From: an uncultured Verrucomicrobiae bacterium
GTDB taxonomy: Bacteria; Verrucomicrobiota; Verrucomicrobiia; Chthoniobacterales; UBA10450
Assembly (NCBI GenBank): GCA_963801815.1
Contig: CAWDGJ010000006.1
Coordinates: 1-64,000, forward strand
Length of the DNA stretch: 64,000 nucleotides
Reading direction: 5' to 3'
The notes beneath the pieces were generated by a model. It saw nothing but the letters and a program-made list of their open reading frames with translations, did not search any database and was not told where the DNA came from. The translations under genes were made by a program, and so were the position numbers. This document shows positions 63,134-64,000 of this stretch, piece by piece. How positions within the stretch are numbered: the stretch's first letter is position 1; every line of letters begins with the position of its first letter.

Positions 63134-64000
63134 AACGATGGCTGCGCTGCCGGACTCGACAGCAGCGTCTCCATAGCATCGATCACCGCTTCCGTCGAGA
63201 TTTGGTTCATAGGCAAACGCGGCTGCTTTGGCACGAATTCCATGACCGGCGATGACGATGTTCCCTGCAAGATCAATGCCGGACTTTCGCGCGGTCGCCA
63301 GTGGAACGGGTTCGTCGGCCCAAACAGGATCACTTGCGGTGTCCGCGTTCCCGCCGCGAGATGCATCGGCGCCGAGTCGACTGTGATTAACAGTCGGGCG
63401 CGAGAAATCAACGCCGCGAGCGTAAGCAAATCAGTCTTGCCGGAGAGGTCGACTATTTCCCGGCGAACGTTCGATTTGATATCGCCGATGTGCGTTCGTT
63501 CGAGAAGAGACGTTCCGCCGGTCAAGACAAGATCGAAGTCGTGGACGCCACCGGCGCGGTTGATCACCTCCGCCCATCTCTGTGCGTCCCAGAACTTTTC
63601 GGCCCTCGCGGATCCAGGATGGAAGATGATGAAAGGGCCGCGAATGTTTTGCGACTCCATCAATCGGACCACGGCTGCGCGACAGTCTTCCGGCAACCGC
63701 AACTGGATCGCACCCGGGGCATTCATGATTCCCATGGGCTGTAACAGGGCGAGATGATAATCGACCGTGTGCATGTCGCGCATGCGATGGGCGACAAACT
63801 CGTTATAAAATCGCGTTCGAAATTTCGAGCGCGCTTTGATCCGAAATGAAACGATCCTTTTTTTTGCACGCGAGAGCAGCGCCAGGAACGCGGAACGATC
63901 GTTCCGGGTAAAATCGACGCAATAATCGAATCCGCCGCGGGCGACTGCAGCGAGCGCTCCGAACCCCGCGAATCCGCGGCGCACCGCCAGAATCCGGTTT
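63130..64000 (-). CDS. Glycosyltransferase family 9 (LPS heptosyltransferase), 5' end off window
   Basis: HPGS...KFW, DLSGKTDL, DSAPMHLAA, LFGPT..W.P. Confidence 0.9.
   Translation of the reverse strand, partial: NRILAVRRGFAGFGALAAVARGGFDYCVDFTRNDRSAFLALLSRAKKRIVSFRIKARSKFRTRFYNEFVAHRMRDMHTVDYHLALLQPMGIMNAPGAIQLRLPEDCRAAVVRLMESQNIRGPFIIFHPGSARAEKFWDAQRWAEVINRAGGVHDFDLVLTGGTSLLERTHIGDIKSNVRREIVDLSGKTDLLTLAALISRARLLITVDSAPMHLAAGTRTPQVILFGPTNPFHWRPRESPALILQGTSSSPVMEFVPKQPRLPMNQISTEAVIDAMETLLSSPAAQPSL

Overview
Bacterial chromosomal segment, GC-rich. Gene content and style suggest a soil Verrucomicrobiota (Spartobacteria/Chthoniobacterales-like) genome; this is inference, not a database result. 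Positions 1-2880 are the end of an integrative element abutting the 3' end of tRNA-Gly(CCC), with a hypothetical gene, an excisionase-like HTH gene, a small gene and an AEP primase. The rest is mostly housekeeping: serS, bamD-lptE, tRNA-Leu(CAG), a probable 6S RNA, a ubiE/menG-family gene, a Gld-like ABC module with DUF4340, an HtrA protease, sucA-sucB-lpdA (interrupted by a four-helix-bundle gene), recO, pxpBCA, thrS, pcm, a CNNM pair, a YyaL-like gene, a sulfotransferase/sulfatase cluster, msbA and a GT9 heptosyltransferase. The most unusual signal is a nested set of miniature insertion elements. (i) An invariant 18-bp unit, GGTCCGAGCCGGACTGGC, occurs six times with no target duplication and no stop codon in any frame; four copies lie in codon register in genes (GPSRTG/ASPART peptides in SucA, SucB, DUF2851 and DUF72). 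(ii) A ~57-60-bp unit occurs three times and a 71-bp unit once, inserted beside the loops of GTAG-type REP hairpins with an apparent AA duplication. (iii) REP doublets lie inside coding linkers. (iv) 7- and 9-nt periodic arrays sit in the promoter regions of both tRNAs, serS, thrS and lpdA. Single-base frameshifts, including one in serS, suggest residual sequencing indels.
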